A program made the position numbers and the translations under genes. A stretch of 64,000 nt of DNA, taken from NCBI GenBank assembly GCA_964016885.1, contig OZ024743.1, positions 286,812,001-286,876,000 on the forward strand, read 5' to 3'. Positions 39,665 to 53,640 of the stretch are shown piece after piece (the first letter of the stretch is position 1; each line of letters starts with the position of its first letter). The notes beneath the pieces are model-generated. The model was not told where the DNA came from. It saw nothing but the letters and a program-made list of their open reading frames with translations, and searched no databases. This DNA comes from Eledone cirrhosa (taxonomy: Eukaryota).

Positions 39665-40491
39665 GCTCATTTATATACATTCACATGCACACAAAACATA
39701 CATACACACATATACATATAACCAACCATGACCTGTTGTTATCTTGTTGTTATGGTTACAGGAATCAAGCATTGATCAAATGGAATCAGAGAGAAATATA
39801 TTGATTCCTTTTAATTCAGCTAAGGCCAATTACTGTAAAAGGAACATAGTTGGTTATATTGCCCCCAGACCACAGTGTATTACTGGTATTTAGAAAGGCA
39901 CTTTTGTGGGGTTTTCCAATTTACTATGTCCGTGGAAAATAGACGTTAAATGATGATGATGATGATGATGATGATGATAATGAATGCGTAGATGTACACC
40001 AAGAGGAATAAAAAGAATGTTTTTTTTTTTACTTATTTTCTTTTCTATAGTCAAGAAGAAAAGGGGTGCCCATGACCCTTTTCAAGCTTCCAATATTGGT
40101 GGGAAAGGAGAAAGTATCTTCAAACCTAAGACCTGGTCTGAATGTTTGCAACAGAGTGGACTCTGCTAAAGGTAAAGGACTAGAATCTAGCCTTTTACCT
40201 TTAGCAGAATCAACTCTGGTGGACAAGGAGAAGTCTAGAAAAACAACTATTTTTTTCGTCTTACTTCTCATCTTCCAGTGTTTCACAGCTTTCCATTTAT
40301 TTCAACTTAGCAGTTAATTAATTAAATCATATCAGTTAATTGATTAAATAGTAACAGCTAAGTAGCTGATAATTTCACTTGACAATTCAAGTTCTTTTGT
40401 CTTATGTGCTAGGCCTAGGGGTTACAGGATCGAATTTCAAAATCTCAATGTGTGCTGTGATTGAAAAAGGTTAATAACCATTGGGCTAGAT

Positions 40492-41003
40492 CAGAGTTTC
40501 CCAGACTTTTTTCAAACGTGGAACCCCTTTTGGTTCAGAAACTTTGGAGGAACCCCAAAGTCTAATACTGTTATATGGTCATAATATAAATATACTTAAG
40601 TGGCAAATTAGCAGAGTCGTTAGAACATTGGATAGAATGCTTTATGGTATTCCTTCCAACTCTCTGCTCTCTGAGTTCAAATCCTGCTGAGGTCAACTTG
40701 CCTTTCATCCTTTCAAGGTTGATAAAAAAGTACCAGTCTAGTACTGAGGTCGATTCTTCCTCTATATCTCTTTCTCATTTCCTCTCTCTCATTTTCTATC
40801 TTTCTCTGGAAGAGAACTTCTGTATTCAGGCCTGGAGAGGGATGGGCTCTGCCAGGTTTAAAATGACCAAGAAAAGCCATATGTCAATACAGCGCCCTTA
40901 CAACTCTATGATGAGTTACGGGACCATACCATAAATATACTCCTCTACCTTTTTTCACAGAACCCCAGACACTCCATTGCGGAACCCACTTTCGGAACCA
41001 TTA
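40492..41003. mobile_element. hAT (Charlie-like) MITE with nested SINE
   Basis: 8-bp direct repeat GGCTAGAT at 40484-40491 and 41004-41011; degenerate TIRs cagagtttccca / tcggaaccatta; repeated ggaaccc motifs. Confidence 0.75.
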
Positions 41004-41869
41004 GGCTAGATGATGGTGGTAAATCATGTGGTGGATCAAGTCATCCCCCCAAATAGAGACACAAAAGCATATCATATAACTAATCTTTAAAACTTGTAAT
41101 AAATTCAATCAAGGTCCTTTATAGCTGCATTTCTCAGCCTATGGGCTTCTGTATAATTCTGGAAAGATCACAGAGACAATATCTTTTATTTTTCAAATAT
41201 TTGATAAAATGTAAATTGTCCATGACTCTAAATGTGTGTGCGTGTGTGATTATATAACAATTCTTTGTTCTTCCTGTGTTGCCTCACTTCAGACATTTTA
41301 CTTTTTACCTCTTTTCCCATTACTCATTCACTTTCATTTATTGTTTGCTCTCTCTCTCTATTGCTATTTATTTTTGTTTTACCCCACCTCTATTTTCTCA
41401 CTCTCTTCCTTTTCCTCAGACACTCTGCTGTTGTCATGAAGAATGCTCCCTCTCTCCTATGTATTTCTCTTTCCCTTTTTATCACCTCTCTCTCTCTCTT
41501 TCTCAATTCCTTAGTCTGAAATTGCCATTTAACACTTTTGATACCAAACAGCCTGAAATTGTTAATGAAAAGCTTAGGTATTTCATTAAATTCTTCCAAT
41601 TTTGTTTCTTTATTATTTTTTAAATTAATTGAAACACATTAGAAATACAGTAATGAAAGAGTTAAACAATTTATTTATCATACATCAAAAGTTATTTCAT
41701 TAAAATAAAAATTAGAATAACAGACAATATGTATATGTATATAAATATATATATGTTTGTGTGGCGAGAACACTCACATAATATCGAACACTCTCATTTG
41801 CATGCACACACATATATATATATACACGATATAGATGTTGTGTATTATTTTTAATTCACTTTCAATTAG

Positions 41870-42430
41870 CAATTTTCATCTAATTCTTTCTTCTTTTTGT
41901 TGCTATGACCTTTTGTCTATGACCTTTGCTGGCCCTCTGAGGCTGATGAGATTGAAGATGTAAATTGACTTCTGCATGAAGGATATGTGCAGGGAAAGAA
42001 TTCCAAAGGAGTGAGGATAGTGATTAATGCATGGCCTGAGGGGTTACACACAACATGGGTGAAGAAAGGTGGAAGGAAAATCAAGGCAGGATTACCTGAA
42101 GGAAGGTGGCATAAAGTCAGTCAGCTCTGAGGAGCAGATGCCATTGTAGTAGCAGTAGAAGTATGGGCCAAAGGCTGGAATATGTCTGATAAGTGACTTA
42201 ATGCCAATCAGACAAATGGCCTTTTTCTGAATGTACTCTTGGTTGTATCTATGTGTGGCAGTAGCACCATCCTAGATGTGGAAGTGCTACTCCATTGAGA
42301 GTTTTACCTGAATATTGTACAGGGGAAGGAGCCATTGGAGACTAGAAAATTTTCTGGCTCTGAAAAGAAGGGCTAGTCTCTTAGATTCAATTCTAGCTAT
42401 GTTCAGAATGTCTGTTTGTCATGGGAGATC
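41870..42430 (-). mobile_element. Decayed LINE 3' region (CR1/Jockey-like)
   Basis: Minus strand gives fragments LFRARKFSS and MEx.FHI*DGATA, resembling the post-RT domain. Weak. Confidence 0.4.
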
Positions 42431-43770
42431 CTCATTGTTAGTGGTGCGGTGAAGTGATGTTTTAGTTCCATACACATGCAATCAACAAAGCAAACAAACA
42501 ATAACAACAATAAAAATGAATCAAACAATAAAAGAACATTCTGAGGAATATTTCCTCAAGAAAATGATGAAATATTAAGGACACTTTATTGGAATATATT
42601 AGTTTAAAAACGTTTATTTAATTTTTGGAAAAATCGTGTTTTTCCTTTAACCCTTTCATGATTGTATTTCTAATGAAATACACTCTATTTCAAATGATTA
42701 ATGAAGAATTTTGAGGGATTTACTAAAATTATTAATTATTTCATTGCTAAAATAGTTACATATGGTTCTTATATGAAATTATGTTGGAAGATTTTAATTT
42801 GAATAGGAATCCTTAAAAAAGTATGAAGGCTGATCTTCGGAAGCTGAGTCTCATGACAGAGATGATAAAGGGCTACAATGACTGGTAACATGCTATACTA
42901 GAGAAGACTTGCATACTACCATAAAAATATCACCTGATCACCTGATCCATTTATACCCTCTCTCCCACAACAATAGTAACTATTTCCACCACACCAATCC
43001 TAACTTCTTAATAATCATTCTCATCCTCACTATCTTCATCCACCTTAGTTGAGATCAGCCCCATCCCTTGACCTCTCTCACATCACCCTGTCAAATTCCA
43101 CTCTAATTGTCATATATATATTTATCACCCCCAAACACTTCACATACCTGTCATCTTCCCTTCTCACCCATCTACTCTCACTAATCTATATCATACCTAT
43201 CATCTTTCTAACCCCTCCCTCTATCTCCTACCCCATAGAGTAGAGAGGGCTCTTCAGTTGAGTCAATGGTCAAATGCCTCCAGTAGACCCTATAAAGTGG
43301 TTAGTGTTAGGAAGGACACATAGACATAGAAAACTAGTCAAACAATGGGTTAAGAGGATTCTCCAGTTGTGTCAAAGGCAGGACAACCTCCCTAGTGCTG
43401 GTGTTATGATAAAATGTACCTGATGTACTCTGTAGAATGGTTGGTGATAGGAAGAGTATCTAGTCATAGAAAACTTGACAAACAAAAGTTTGAGAGGAGT
43501 CTTCAGTTATGTCAACGATTTGACAACCTTCCTGGTGCAGGTACCATGATAAAATGAGCCCAGTACACTCTATAAAGAGGGGAATTGTATGGGAGATGTG
43601 GAGTGGGGCAACTTGTCTGAGATGTCAGTAGCCTTGATTAATTACTGATTTGATCTGTGATGACCTTTTCAACCCTTGCTAACAGGAAAAACAGCCATTA
43701 AAAGTTGATGATAATGACATACACTAGCAGAATACCAGCTTTTCACCTAAGCTGAGAAGTAATTATAAAT

Positions 43771-44220
43771 GAAGGTGCATGGCTTAGTGGTTAGAGCATT
43801 GGGCTTGCAATCTAAAGATTGTGAGTTCAATTCTTGGACCGGGTGATGTGTTGTTTCCTTGAGCAAGACACTTTATTTTCACATTACTCCAATTTACTCA
43901 GCTGTAGAAATGAAATGATAGGACTGGGGTCCCTATCATTCCACTGCAAAGTGGTCGTGGAGGTGCCACGGCAAAAAAAGCACCCAGCCCACACTGTAAA
44001 GTGGACGTGTAGGCGCCACGGAAAAAAAGCACCCAGCACTCACTGTAAATGAGGTTGGTGTTAGCAAGGGCATCCAGCTGTAGAAATCAAGCCAGAATCA
44101 GTTCCCGTATGAGCAAGACAAGCTCAACTGACCAGGCACTGCCCACAACATGACAACCCGTCTAACCCATGCTAGCGTAGAAGAACGAACGTAAAACGGT
44201 GATGATGATGATGATGATGA
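43771..44220 (+). mobile_element. tRNA/CORE-like SINE with an alternative RTE-type tail
   Basis: Same head and body as 11762-12100 but a different terminal ~110 nt ending (GAT)n. Confidence 0.85.
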
Positions 44221-45813
44221 ATCAGAGCCTATTTCTGAGCTACAGATATACACTGAATATGAATAGTATATTTCCAAATTTAAATGAGTATATGTCATAT
44301 AGCTATTTCATGCATATTTCACACTTGATTAACTGAGAGTAAAATAGTTATAATTTATCTGAAAGTGTTATTGAACAAAATACTTTATTTTGTACTTGAA
44401 ATTCTTGTCTAGGATTAAAGGGCAGTGCCCATTACACTTTTGAGGGTATCTAAGACTGGTAAAATGAAGGAAGGTATCCTCAAACCAGAGTTTTGATCTG
44501 AATTATTGGAACAGAGTAGATTTTGCTAAGTTCACTTAAGGGTCAGATTGTGATGTTAAACTGGATGACATAATAAATCTACCATCCAAATAGGCCGCAA
44601 CATGATTTAAACTCAGATTCCAAAGAGAAAGAACAAAAACAATCCAATGTTCAACAATTCCATCAATTCACCCCTCTATATTGATATATTATCAATCCTA
44701 AAAGGATGAAAGGCAAACATTGACCTCAGTAGGTTTTGAAATTAGAGCACAAAGAGCCAAAACAAACACTGGAAGGCATTTTGTCCTATGCTCTGACAAC
44801 TCTGTCAATTCACCACTTACTTCATTCTTACAACTTATGAAAACTGGTGTGCTCAGAAGCATCCACATATCTAAATAGTGGAAGAATGTTAATATTTGCA
44901 GAAATATTTAAATTTTGCATAGCTGAAAGTAAACAAACCTTATGAATTATAATTCATAAGGTTTGTTATTATCAAAGCACTGGAAGATTTGAAATTTGAA
45001 AATGTGAGAATGCCAAATGTAGAAGATAACTGCAACAACAGTCACTCACTATAAATAATAATTGAGGGAACTGGGGAAAATACCCCTAGAGATGTAAAAA
45101 GTTGACAGAGACCTATGGAGAAATGAACTCTGTATCTCTTAAATACTGTGTAAATTCTTTATCTTTATGCTAAGGGGCTAACTACCACTTCTTTCTGTTT
45201 ATTTTAGGATTCTATACTATATAGCTTGGGGCTAGAGCATGGCCGGAAGCAAATACCTTTTGTGAATTATCAAAGTGCTGGGAGATTTGAAATTTGAAAT
45301 ATGTGAGTATCCTAAATGCAGAAAATAACTGTGATAACAGTCAATCACGATGAATAATAGTTGAGTGAATTGGGGGAAAATATCCTTAGAGAGAGAAAAG
45401 ATGGACAAAGACACCTACTCAGTCTACGTTTTCCATCTCTATGAGTATTTTACCTAATTTTCTCAGCTATTATTTATAGCAATCGACTGGTATTACAATT
45501 ACTGTCTGCGTTTGGGATTCTCACATTTTCAAATTTAAATTTTGATTTTATTCCTTTGATCATTAAAGAGACAATATGTATTTGTTATGAGAAAAAACAT
45601 TTGAAAATAATACAATGAAGCTTTGAAGATGAATGCCTACCTTGAGATAAAGCATTCAGATAAGTAAAACAAATATTTTCAATTTTTCAAGACACTGAAT
45701 GAAAAGTTTCCAAAATGTCTAACTTTGATGTTTTTTTGTTTGTTCTGAAGTCACCATCTCATATTTAAAGGGAAATGAAAGCCTCTCAATATATCTTTTA
45801 ACATAAAAATGAA

Positions 45814-46123
45814 ATGCCACATACAATTGAAGACAATATTATTGCAAAGGAAGTCATAGAGACTGTTACAAAGAAAGACTTTGAATCTATTCTTAAGAAC
45901 CTATATAGTAAAATGTTGTATTAATGAGACTACAGATGTTGAAAAAAAACGATAACTTTAATAATCAATAGATTATTAAAGTTATCGTTTTTTTTCAACA
46001 TCTGTAGTCTCATTAATACAACATTTTACTATATAGGTTCTTAAGAATAGATTCAAAGTCTTTCTTTGTAACAGTCTCTATGACTTCCTTTGCAATAATA
46101 TTGTCTTCAATTGTATGTGGCAT
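45814..46123. repeat. Apparently perfect palindrome, 153-bp arms, 4-nt loop
   Basis: 45814-45966 is the reverse complement of 45971-46123; no mismatch found by eye. Confidence 0.9.
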
Positions 46124-46329
46124 ATACGTTTTTTATGAAGCTGACCAGGTGTATAGGTTTTGATATTCTCCAGGACTATTTAAATTACTGCTGTCCCAAT
46201 AACAAACAGATTGTTGATGAAATTTTCTATGTAAAACAGCTTAAATCTGAAATGAGTTTCTTTTGTTGGGGCATCATCATCATCATCACCGTTTTACGTC
46301 CGTTCTTCCACGCTAACATGGGTTAGACG

Positions 46330-46632
46330 GGGGATATTTGAGAAAAAACAGCATTTCATAAATATTACTAAAGTTTCTTCTATTACACTAAACAACTAGA
46401 TGGTGGAGTTAAATCAGCGATGGATTAAGTCAAGTAACAACCAAACAACTGCTCAAAATGTTTTCCAGAACTCTATACTACCAGAATACCAGAATAAATA
46501 GATTGGTTTCTTGTGTGCAAAATGTATAGATTCGAAAGGTAATTATTTCGATTGATGGAATATATTCTGAGATGAGATATATTGCATTAAATTTAGTGGC
46601 TAAGAACTGCAATTGTTTTTTGTGCCAACCTA
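46330..46632 (+). mobile_element. Mariner-like transposon 3' remnant
   Basis: 'caaaatgtatagattcgaaaggtaattatttcgattga' (KCIDSKGNYFD*) followed by TIR-like 'aactgcaattgtttttgtgccaaccta'. Confidence 0.6.
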
Positions 46633-46704
46633 TGTTAAAACAAAGATATTAAAATAGAATTCATAACGTTACTCTAATTGTTAAATTATATTTCCGTTAT
46701 ATCA

Positions 46705-47087
46705 TCTACTTATATATATAACCAGCAATTTCTCTGTTTGTCTGTCTGTCTGTCCGACAGTGGAAACACGTGCGCGCGTGCGAATGTTTTTTGCGCACGC
46801 GTAGAGAGAGAGAGTGAGAGTGAAAGAAAGAGACAGACTACAAGAGGGGGATAGCGGGAGGGAGAGAGGGGGGAATTGAGGAGTGCTACAGAAACATATA
46901 TACATTTCTGTGTGTATGTAATATATATATATATACACAGAAATATATATATACACACAGAAATATATATACATTTCTGTGTGTGTAATATATATATATA
47001 TACACACAGAAATATATATACATTTCTGTGTGTAATATATATATATATATATGCACACACAGAAATATATATACATTTCTGTGTGTG

Positions 47088-47090
<3 letters not shown>
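46705..47090 (+). mobile_element. Helitron-like 5' end followed by palindromic tandem units
   Basis: A|TCTACTTATATATATAA then (GTCT)n, as at 49521; repeats of cacacagaaatatatatacatttctgtgtg. Confidence 0.5.
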
Positions 47091-47117
<27 letters not shown>

Positions 47118-47121
<4 letters not shown>

Positions 47122-49148
47122 TAATAAGTAAGGCAATCAAGGATATGAAGACGGGTAAGGCGGCTGGGCCTTCGGAAATAGTTGCTGAGATGCTGAAGGC
47201 ATCTGGCACGGTGGGACACACCATGGTCACTCGCATAGTTAACCATGTCATACAGAATGGGGTTGTTCCGAAGGACTGGCATAGCAGCATCATCGTTAAC
47301 TGTTATAAGGGTAAAGGAGACGCCCTAGATAGGAGTAACTATAGAGGCATTAAATTAATCGACCAGGTCATGAAGGTCACGGAAAAAGTAATAGCGCAAC
47401 TAATCAGAGAGAGAATTGACCTAGATGATATGCAGTTCGAGTTTGTGTCAGGCAAAAGTACCACAGACGCTCTTTTCATAGTACGACAACTACAGGAGAA
47501 GTTCCTAGCTAAAGGTAAACCCCTCTACTTAGCTTTTGTCGACTTGGAGAAAGCCTTCGACAGAGTCCCCCGCTCCATTATCTGGTGGGCTCTTAGAAAA
47601 CTAGGCGTTGACGAATGGCTTGTGAGGGCTATACAAGCCATGTATAAAGAAACAGTCAGCAAGGTTAGAATTAACAACGAATATAGTGAAGAGTTTAGCG
47701 TAAAAGTTGGCGTCCATCAGGGCTCTGTTCTCAGCCCCCTACTATTTATTATTACCCTTCAGGCTATAACAGAGGAGTTCAAGACAGGCTGCCCATGGGA
47801 ACTCCTATACGCAGACGACCTGACACTCATAGCGGAATCAATGGCCGAGCTAGAGAAGAAATTCCAAACATGGAAGCACGGCCTAGAGTCAAAAGGACTT
47901 AAAATTAACCTGGCTAAGACCAAAGTTCTAGTTTGTAGGAAAGAAAACAAGGCGCCGGTCCCTTCTGGGAAATGGTCGTGCTCGGTGTGTAGGAAAGGCG
48001 TAGGTAGAAACTCCATTTTATGTCCTAAATGCAAAGTATGGGTGCATAAAAGATGTAGTGGGATCGCAGGTAAGCTAACTAAGAACATAGATTTTACATG
48101 TGGCCGGTGTTCTGGTGCAATAAGTAGCAGCAAGTGCCCACAAAATACTAGCTCTTTCAATTGCGCAGAGGGTTCTATAGAAATAGTGGACAGCTTCCGT
48201 TACCTGGGCGATAAAATCAGCAGTGGGGGAGGGTGCTCTGAAAGTACTGTAGCTAGAGTCAGAACTGGTTGGAAAAGGTTCAGAGAGCTTATACCACTAT
48301 TAGCTGCTAAAGGGTTCTCCCTAAAAATGAAAGGCAGGTTGTACGATGCCTGCATACGAACAGCAATGTTGCATGGCAGTGAGACCTGGGCATTGTGTGC
48401 AGAGGATATACGCAGACTAGAGAGGAACGAAGCTTGCATGCTCCGCTGGATGTGTAACAGTAATATATGTGAACGGCAAAGCATAAACGAACTAAGGAAA
48501 AAATTAGAGATAAGAGGGATCAGATGTTGTTTACTCGAGAGAAGGCTACGTTGGTATGGACACGTGATGCGCATGAAAGTCGATAGCTGTATAACAAAGT
48601 GCAGGGCAATAAAGATAGACGGTAGCCACGGAATAGGCAGACCTAGAAAAACCTGGGACGAGCTGATAAACTCCGACCTCACACACTTACACCTCTCCAA
48701 GACAATGTCACTGGACCGAGACCTTTGGCGGTACTCAGTAACAGAGAAGACCCGCCTTGCCAGTAGGCATCTCTAACAAAATACACCCCGTGTCCCCCCC
48801 CCCTCCCCCACACCCCCCACACCCCATCCACACCACCCCGTTCTATGTAAAGTTATGTTGGTGCCGCGCCATCCAGGCCGAAACAAATGAGATCGTGTAG
48901 GTGTCACGACAAAAAAACACACAGTCCACGCTGTAATGTGGCCGTGTAGGCAACACGGTAAAAACCTCCCAGACCCACACTGTAAATGTGGTTGGTGTTA
49001 GGAAGGGCATCCAACTGTAGAAAACCTGCCAGACAGTCCTATGCGAGCAAGACAATCACTCTTGCCTCAAGTGGGACTACCCCCGTCCAAACCCATGCAA
49101 GCGTGGAACACGGACGTTAAACGTTGATGATGATGATGATGATGATGA
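47118..49148 (+). mobile_element. RTE LINE, 5'-truncated, subfamily 1
   Basis: ORF 47145-48776 is open to RLASRHL*; 3'UTR and (GAT)n tail; (TA)n at the 5' junction. Confidence 0.95.
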
Positions 49149-49178
49149 TATACACACACAGAAATATATGGGCATTTC

Positions 49179-49216
<38 letters not shown>

Positions 49217-49520
49217 CTTCCCTAAAACTCAAATGTAGGTGCTACAGAAATATTACCTTCCCCTTCCTTTCTCCACTTTGGTACTACCAAGAGAAACACT
49301 GTCGCTATAGAAACATTACCTTCCCCTCTCCACTGACTTTGGTCACTGAGGCCGAGGGAATCGCTGGTTGCTATAGAGACACCATGCACAAGCCAGAAGT
49401 AACCAGTTCGAGACGGTTCTGACTTGACACCATACCAAAGACCATTTGAAGAAGTTTGCCATTGAATTTGTGGTTGTTGCTGCTGATAATAAGGACCATT
49501 TGAAGAAGGTTGCCATTGAA

Positions 49521-50018
49521 TCTACTTATAATATATAATGGGCATTTCTCTGTTTGTTTGTCTGTCTGTCCGTCTGTAAAAAATGCCAAGGAAACAAATA
49601 GACGCGGTTCCAAATCTCTATGCTTTTCAAATTCATTACATTAATCTTTATTTATACGTTTCGCTTTACGAGTGTTTCGGCTTACGAGTGTTTCGGCTTA
49701 TCATTATATATAAACGTTTCTATTTCCATCGTTTTATCGTAAACGTTTATATATTTCCATCGTTATATCATAACGTTTATGTATCATAACGTTTATATTT
49801 CCGTCACTAATCTCTTTTTCTCCTTTTTCGTTTTAACATATATTTATTTCAAAGATTTCACCGTATAGATAACATATATATTTATACATGCATAAAAGAC
49901 ACACCGAGAGACGGTGAACATCTGGTGCCGAAAACATTTCTCATCCAAATCTCAACAATATCAGTATATACACTAGATTTGCTAGCAGAAAACCGCCCAC
50001 TGGGTGGTTTTCTGCTAG
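49521..50018 (+). mobile_element. Non-autonomous Helitron-like element
   Basis: A|TC start, (GTCT)n, terminal hairpin ctagcagaaaaccgccc/gggtggttttctgCTAG|T. Another TC-start begins at 50019. Confidence 0.65.
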
Positions 50019-50286
50019 TCTATATATCTAAAACAGAGAATGTCTGTCTGACTCCCTAAAACTCAAGAACCACCCAACCGATTGTTTTCAAACTTTACAC
50101 ATGTAATACTTATGGTCGTGTGAGTGTTTTGATCAAAAACAATTTCAAATTTTCAATGCCCTAGGGACCGCATTAGGCGCCAGAACATCGCGCCCTTATA
50201 TCTTTCTGTATGTCTGGCTGTCTGCATTACGACATTATGACTTCGCTATCTGTGTGTGTGTATATATATATATGTATATACAGTGT

Positions 50287-50601
50287 CATTTCATTTTCAT
50301 TTCATTTTACGTCTGCTTTTTCCCTGCTTGCAAGGGTGGGGACGGGAACTGATTCTGGCTTGATTTCTACAGCTGGATGCCCTTCCTAACACCAACCTCA
50401 TTTACAGTGAGTGCTGGGTGCTTTTTTGCCGTGGCACCTACACGACCACTTTGCAGTGGAATGATAAGGACCTCAGTCCCTATCATCTCATTTCTACAGC
50501 TGAGTAAACTGGAGCAATGTGAAATAAAGTGTCTTGCTCAAGGAAACAACACATCACCCGGTCTGAGAATTGAACTCACAACCTTTCGATTGCAAGGCCA
50601 A
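50287..50601 (-). mobile_element. tRNA/CORE-like SINE, head-truncated
   Basis: Matches 11762-12070; TA-rich tracts on both sides. Confidence 0.85.
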
Positions 50602-52365
50602 TATATATATATTCATTAAAGCAAAACAAGACCACAAATTTCACATATATGTTAATTATTTTTAACTGAACCAGATCAATTATGATATATAGTCATCTGA
50701 TCCAGAAATATTATATGGAGTAGCGAAACAATTGTAAACGGACATTATTATTATTAATATTATTATTATTATTATTCTCTACATTCCTTACATCAAACTA
50801 AAATATGTTGACAATCTTTTAATAATATCTTCCTTGTGAAATTTGTGGTCTTGTTTTGCTTAACTAATGAATATTTCCAGCTGTGCGCGCCTAACTTCTG
50901 CATGAACCCAGCCACCTGCTGCTTTCTACTGCATATTGCACATTGAGAACATGCCTTTACGCTTTGGCTTCTAACTAATTCACCAATCTCTCCTCTCATA
51001 TCTCCTCTCCTATCTCCATCTCTCTCTTTAAGATTGGTTACTCTTGAACTGTGTGTGTATACATATATATATAGAGAGAGAGAGACAATATGCCCCCATA
51101 CCCCCCACTGCAAGGTGGTCATGGAGGTGTCACAGCAAAAAAGGGTGACAAAGAAAATTGGAAAACTCATTGGATTCAACATATAGAAATACATAAGAAA
51201 CATATATTTCCTAGGACACACAATCTTAGTCCACCAGTGTAATATAACTAGTATCCAAACACACTTATCTATACACATGGAAATTATTGGGACTGCTCAG
51301 GAAGTGTAACTCCCTGTAAATTAAAAAAAGAATCAATATTCCTGGACTTATATTCAAGTATATACAGTATATTTAATTGATCTTTTAAAGTTATTACAAC
51401 ATTTTCCAGTAATAATGATTCCTGTTATCTTAACTTACTTCAACAAAAAACAAAATTTAATAATCACATTTGATAAATTGTATGCTAATTATAGTGTAAA
51501 AACATCAACATTTTTCCAATTTCAGAGCATAGCTGATTTCTTGCAGGCTCATATATCTTGCATCCTATGGTAAAATCCCCCTAATTTTGATATTATATGT
51601 TGTCAATAATTTCTCAATAACTGTGATGAATAAAATATAATATATTATTTACAATTAATTATAACTTGCATTTTTATATTATGAACACGTTGTAACATCT
51701 CATCTCCTACCATGCCATTACCATGACAAAATCACTAAGTCCACCCTGTATGTTGAACCAGTGCTACAACAAAAACACCCAGTCCATCCTTTGAGTGGTC
51801 ATGATGACACAAGAAAAAGCACCCAGTCTACCTTGTAAGGTGGTCGTGTTGGTGATACAACAAAATCATCCAGTCCAGCCTGTTACATGTTCATTTTGGT
51901 GACACAATAAAAAGTACCCAGTCCACACTGTAATGTCATTGGAGTTATGAAGGGCATCTAGCTGTAGAAACCAAGCCAAAATACAGATCTGTATGAGCAA
52001 GACATGGTCATATGACAAACCCATGCAAGTGTAGAAAATGGACATCAAATGATGAGGGTGATGATGAGGGTGATGATGATGATGATGATGATGATGAATA
52101 CATTATTATATTATAAATAATTGTTTATACTTTAGGCACAAGGCCAGCAATTTGAAGGGGAGGGGGAAGTCGATCAAGTCGACTCCAGTGCATATGACAA
52201 ACATATATCATATGACAAACATATCAAACACAAATCACTTCTCCCTAAAGTCTGTGTTGTGCTCTTTTATGTTTTTGTAAGACAAATTTACACACACACA
52301 CACACTCATATATATCATCATCATTTATTGTCCATTTTAACTGTTAGCCAGAGTTATAAGTATGT

Positions 52366-52411
<46 letters not shown>

Positions 52412-52436
52412 ATACTTATAACTCTTTATATATGTA

Positions 52437-52495
52437 TCATCATCATCATCATCAGGTTTAGCGTCCGTGTTCCACGCTTGCATGGGTTTGGACGG
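52437..52495 (-). mobile_element. RTE 3'-terminal ~60-nt fragment
   Basis: (CAT)n-caggtttagcgtccgtgttccacgcttgcatgggtttggacgg, adjoining (TA)n. Confidence 0.8.
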
Positions 52496-52549
<54 letters not shown>

Positions 52550-52628
52550 CAATATCGGAGAAAGCTTTTTAGCGATACTCCGGCCAAATTCCAACTCACT
52601 CAACAAACATTAGGAAATAAGTGATAAT

Positions 52629-52812
52629 TGTTTCTACTTTAGGCACAAGGCCAGCAATTACCCAGTGCATTACTGGTACTTTATTTTATCGGCCCCGTAA
52701 GGATGAAAGGCAAAGTCAACCTCGGCGGGATTTGAACTCAGATCGTAAAGGGACGTAACTATGCTGGAAAGCATGGCGTCCGACCCTCTACCGATACTGC
52801 CAATCCACCGCC
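52629..52812 (-). mobile_element. Meta-domain-like SINE with 18-bp target-site duplication
   Basis: TAGGAAATAAGTGATAAT at 52611-52628 and 52813-52830. Confidence 0.9.
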
Positions 52813-52923
52813 TAGGAAATAAGTGATAATATTCCCAATTATGCGTTCGGGGTGCTAACTAAAAGTATTGCGTGGAAAATTGGCTGTATTATTTCATATG
52901 AGACATATCGAATATATCTCTTC

Positions 52924-52963
<40 letters not shown>

Positions 52964-52975
52964 TTAATATAGATG

Positions 52976-53026
52976 AGATTCTACAGGACTAGAACTGTTT
53001 CATTCTTTAGAAATCATCAGGAATCT
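52976..53026 (-). ncRNA. Type-I hammerhead (family G) near the end of a probable PLE 3'UTR (52961-~53450)
   Basis: AGATTC-CTGATGA-t.ttc.taaa.gaa.t-GAA-ACAG.ttctagtc.CTGT-A-GAATCT. Confidence 0.8.
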
Positions 53027-53492
53027 GGGTGTCAAAAAATAATTATGGTATATATAGGTCTCTACAAGTGGTAGAAGAGGGTGGGGAGTGGGATGGGTGT
53101 AGGTCATTGGTTGATAGAATTCATTAAAAGCTAATTCTACAAAGCTATAGTTTATTTTTATTTTTAGAGTAACAAAGGCAGAAAGAATTCTATAAACAGG
53201 TTCAGGATGGCATGCCAATCCTTATTAAGCTAACAGGTGTTTATAAAATCAGTGGGGGTCAGTCATGGTAGATAGATTTAAAGGAAAGGGAGATTCTTTA
53301 AAAGCTAAATTCTTTACTGTGATAAGGTTTAGAGAATTCTGTAGACAAATTCAAAATATTGTGTGCATATCTTACAATTGTCCTCAAATTTCTCTTAAAC
53401 CATTCAACTATATGCCAAAATCAACAGACACATTCACAAAACACACTCACTCACACACTCGCGCGCACCCATAGACACACCCACATACACAT

Positions 53493-53555
<63 letters not shown>

Positions 53556-53640
53556 CATATATATATAAATAAGTATATATATATACACACATATACATAT
53601 ATATATACACACACACACACTTATATATATATGTATATAT

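Noticed and set aside
40029-40286. Possible host exon (85-aa ORF)
   Set aside because: No recognisable homology or convincing splice sites; its centre is a hairpin duplication.
41943-41975. CTGATGA at ~41943 and ~31845 as hammerhead cores
   Set aside because: No matching stem II-GAAA-stem III arrangement found.
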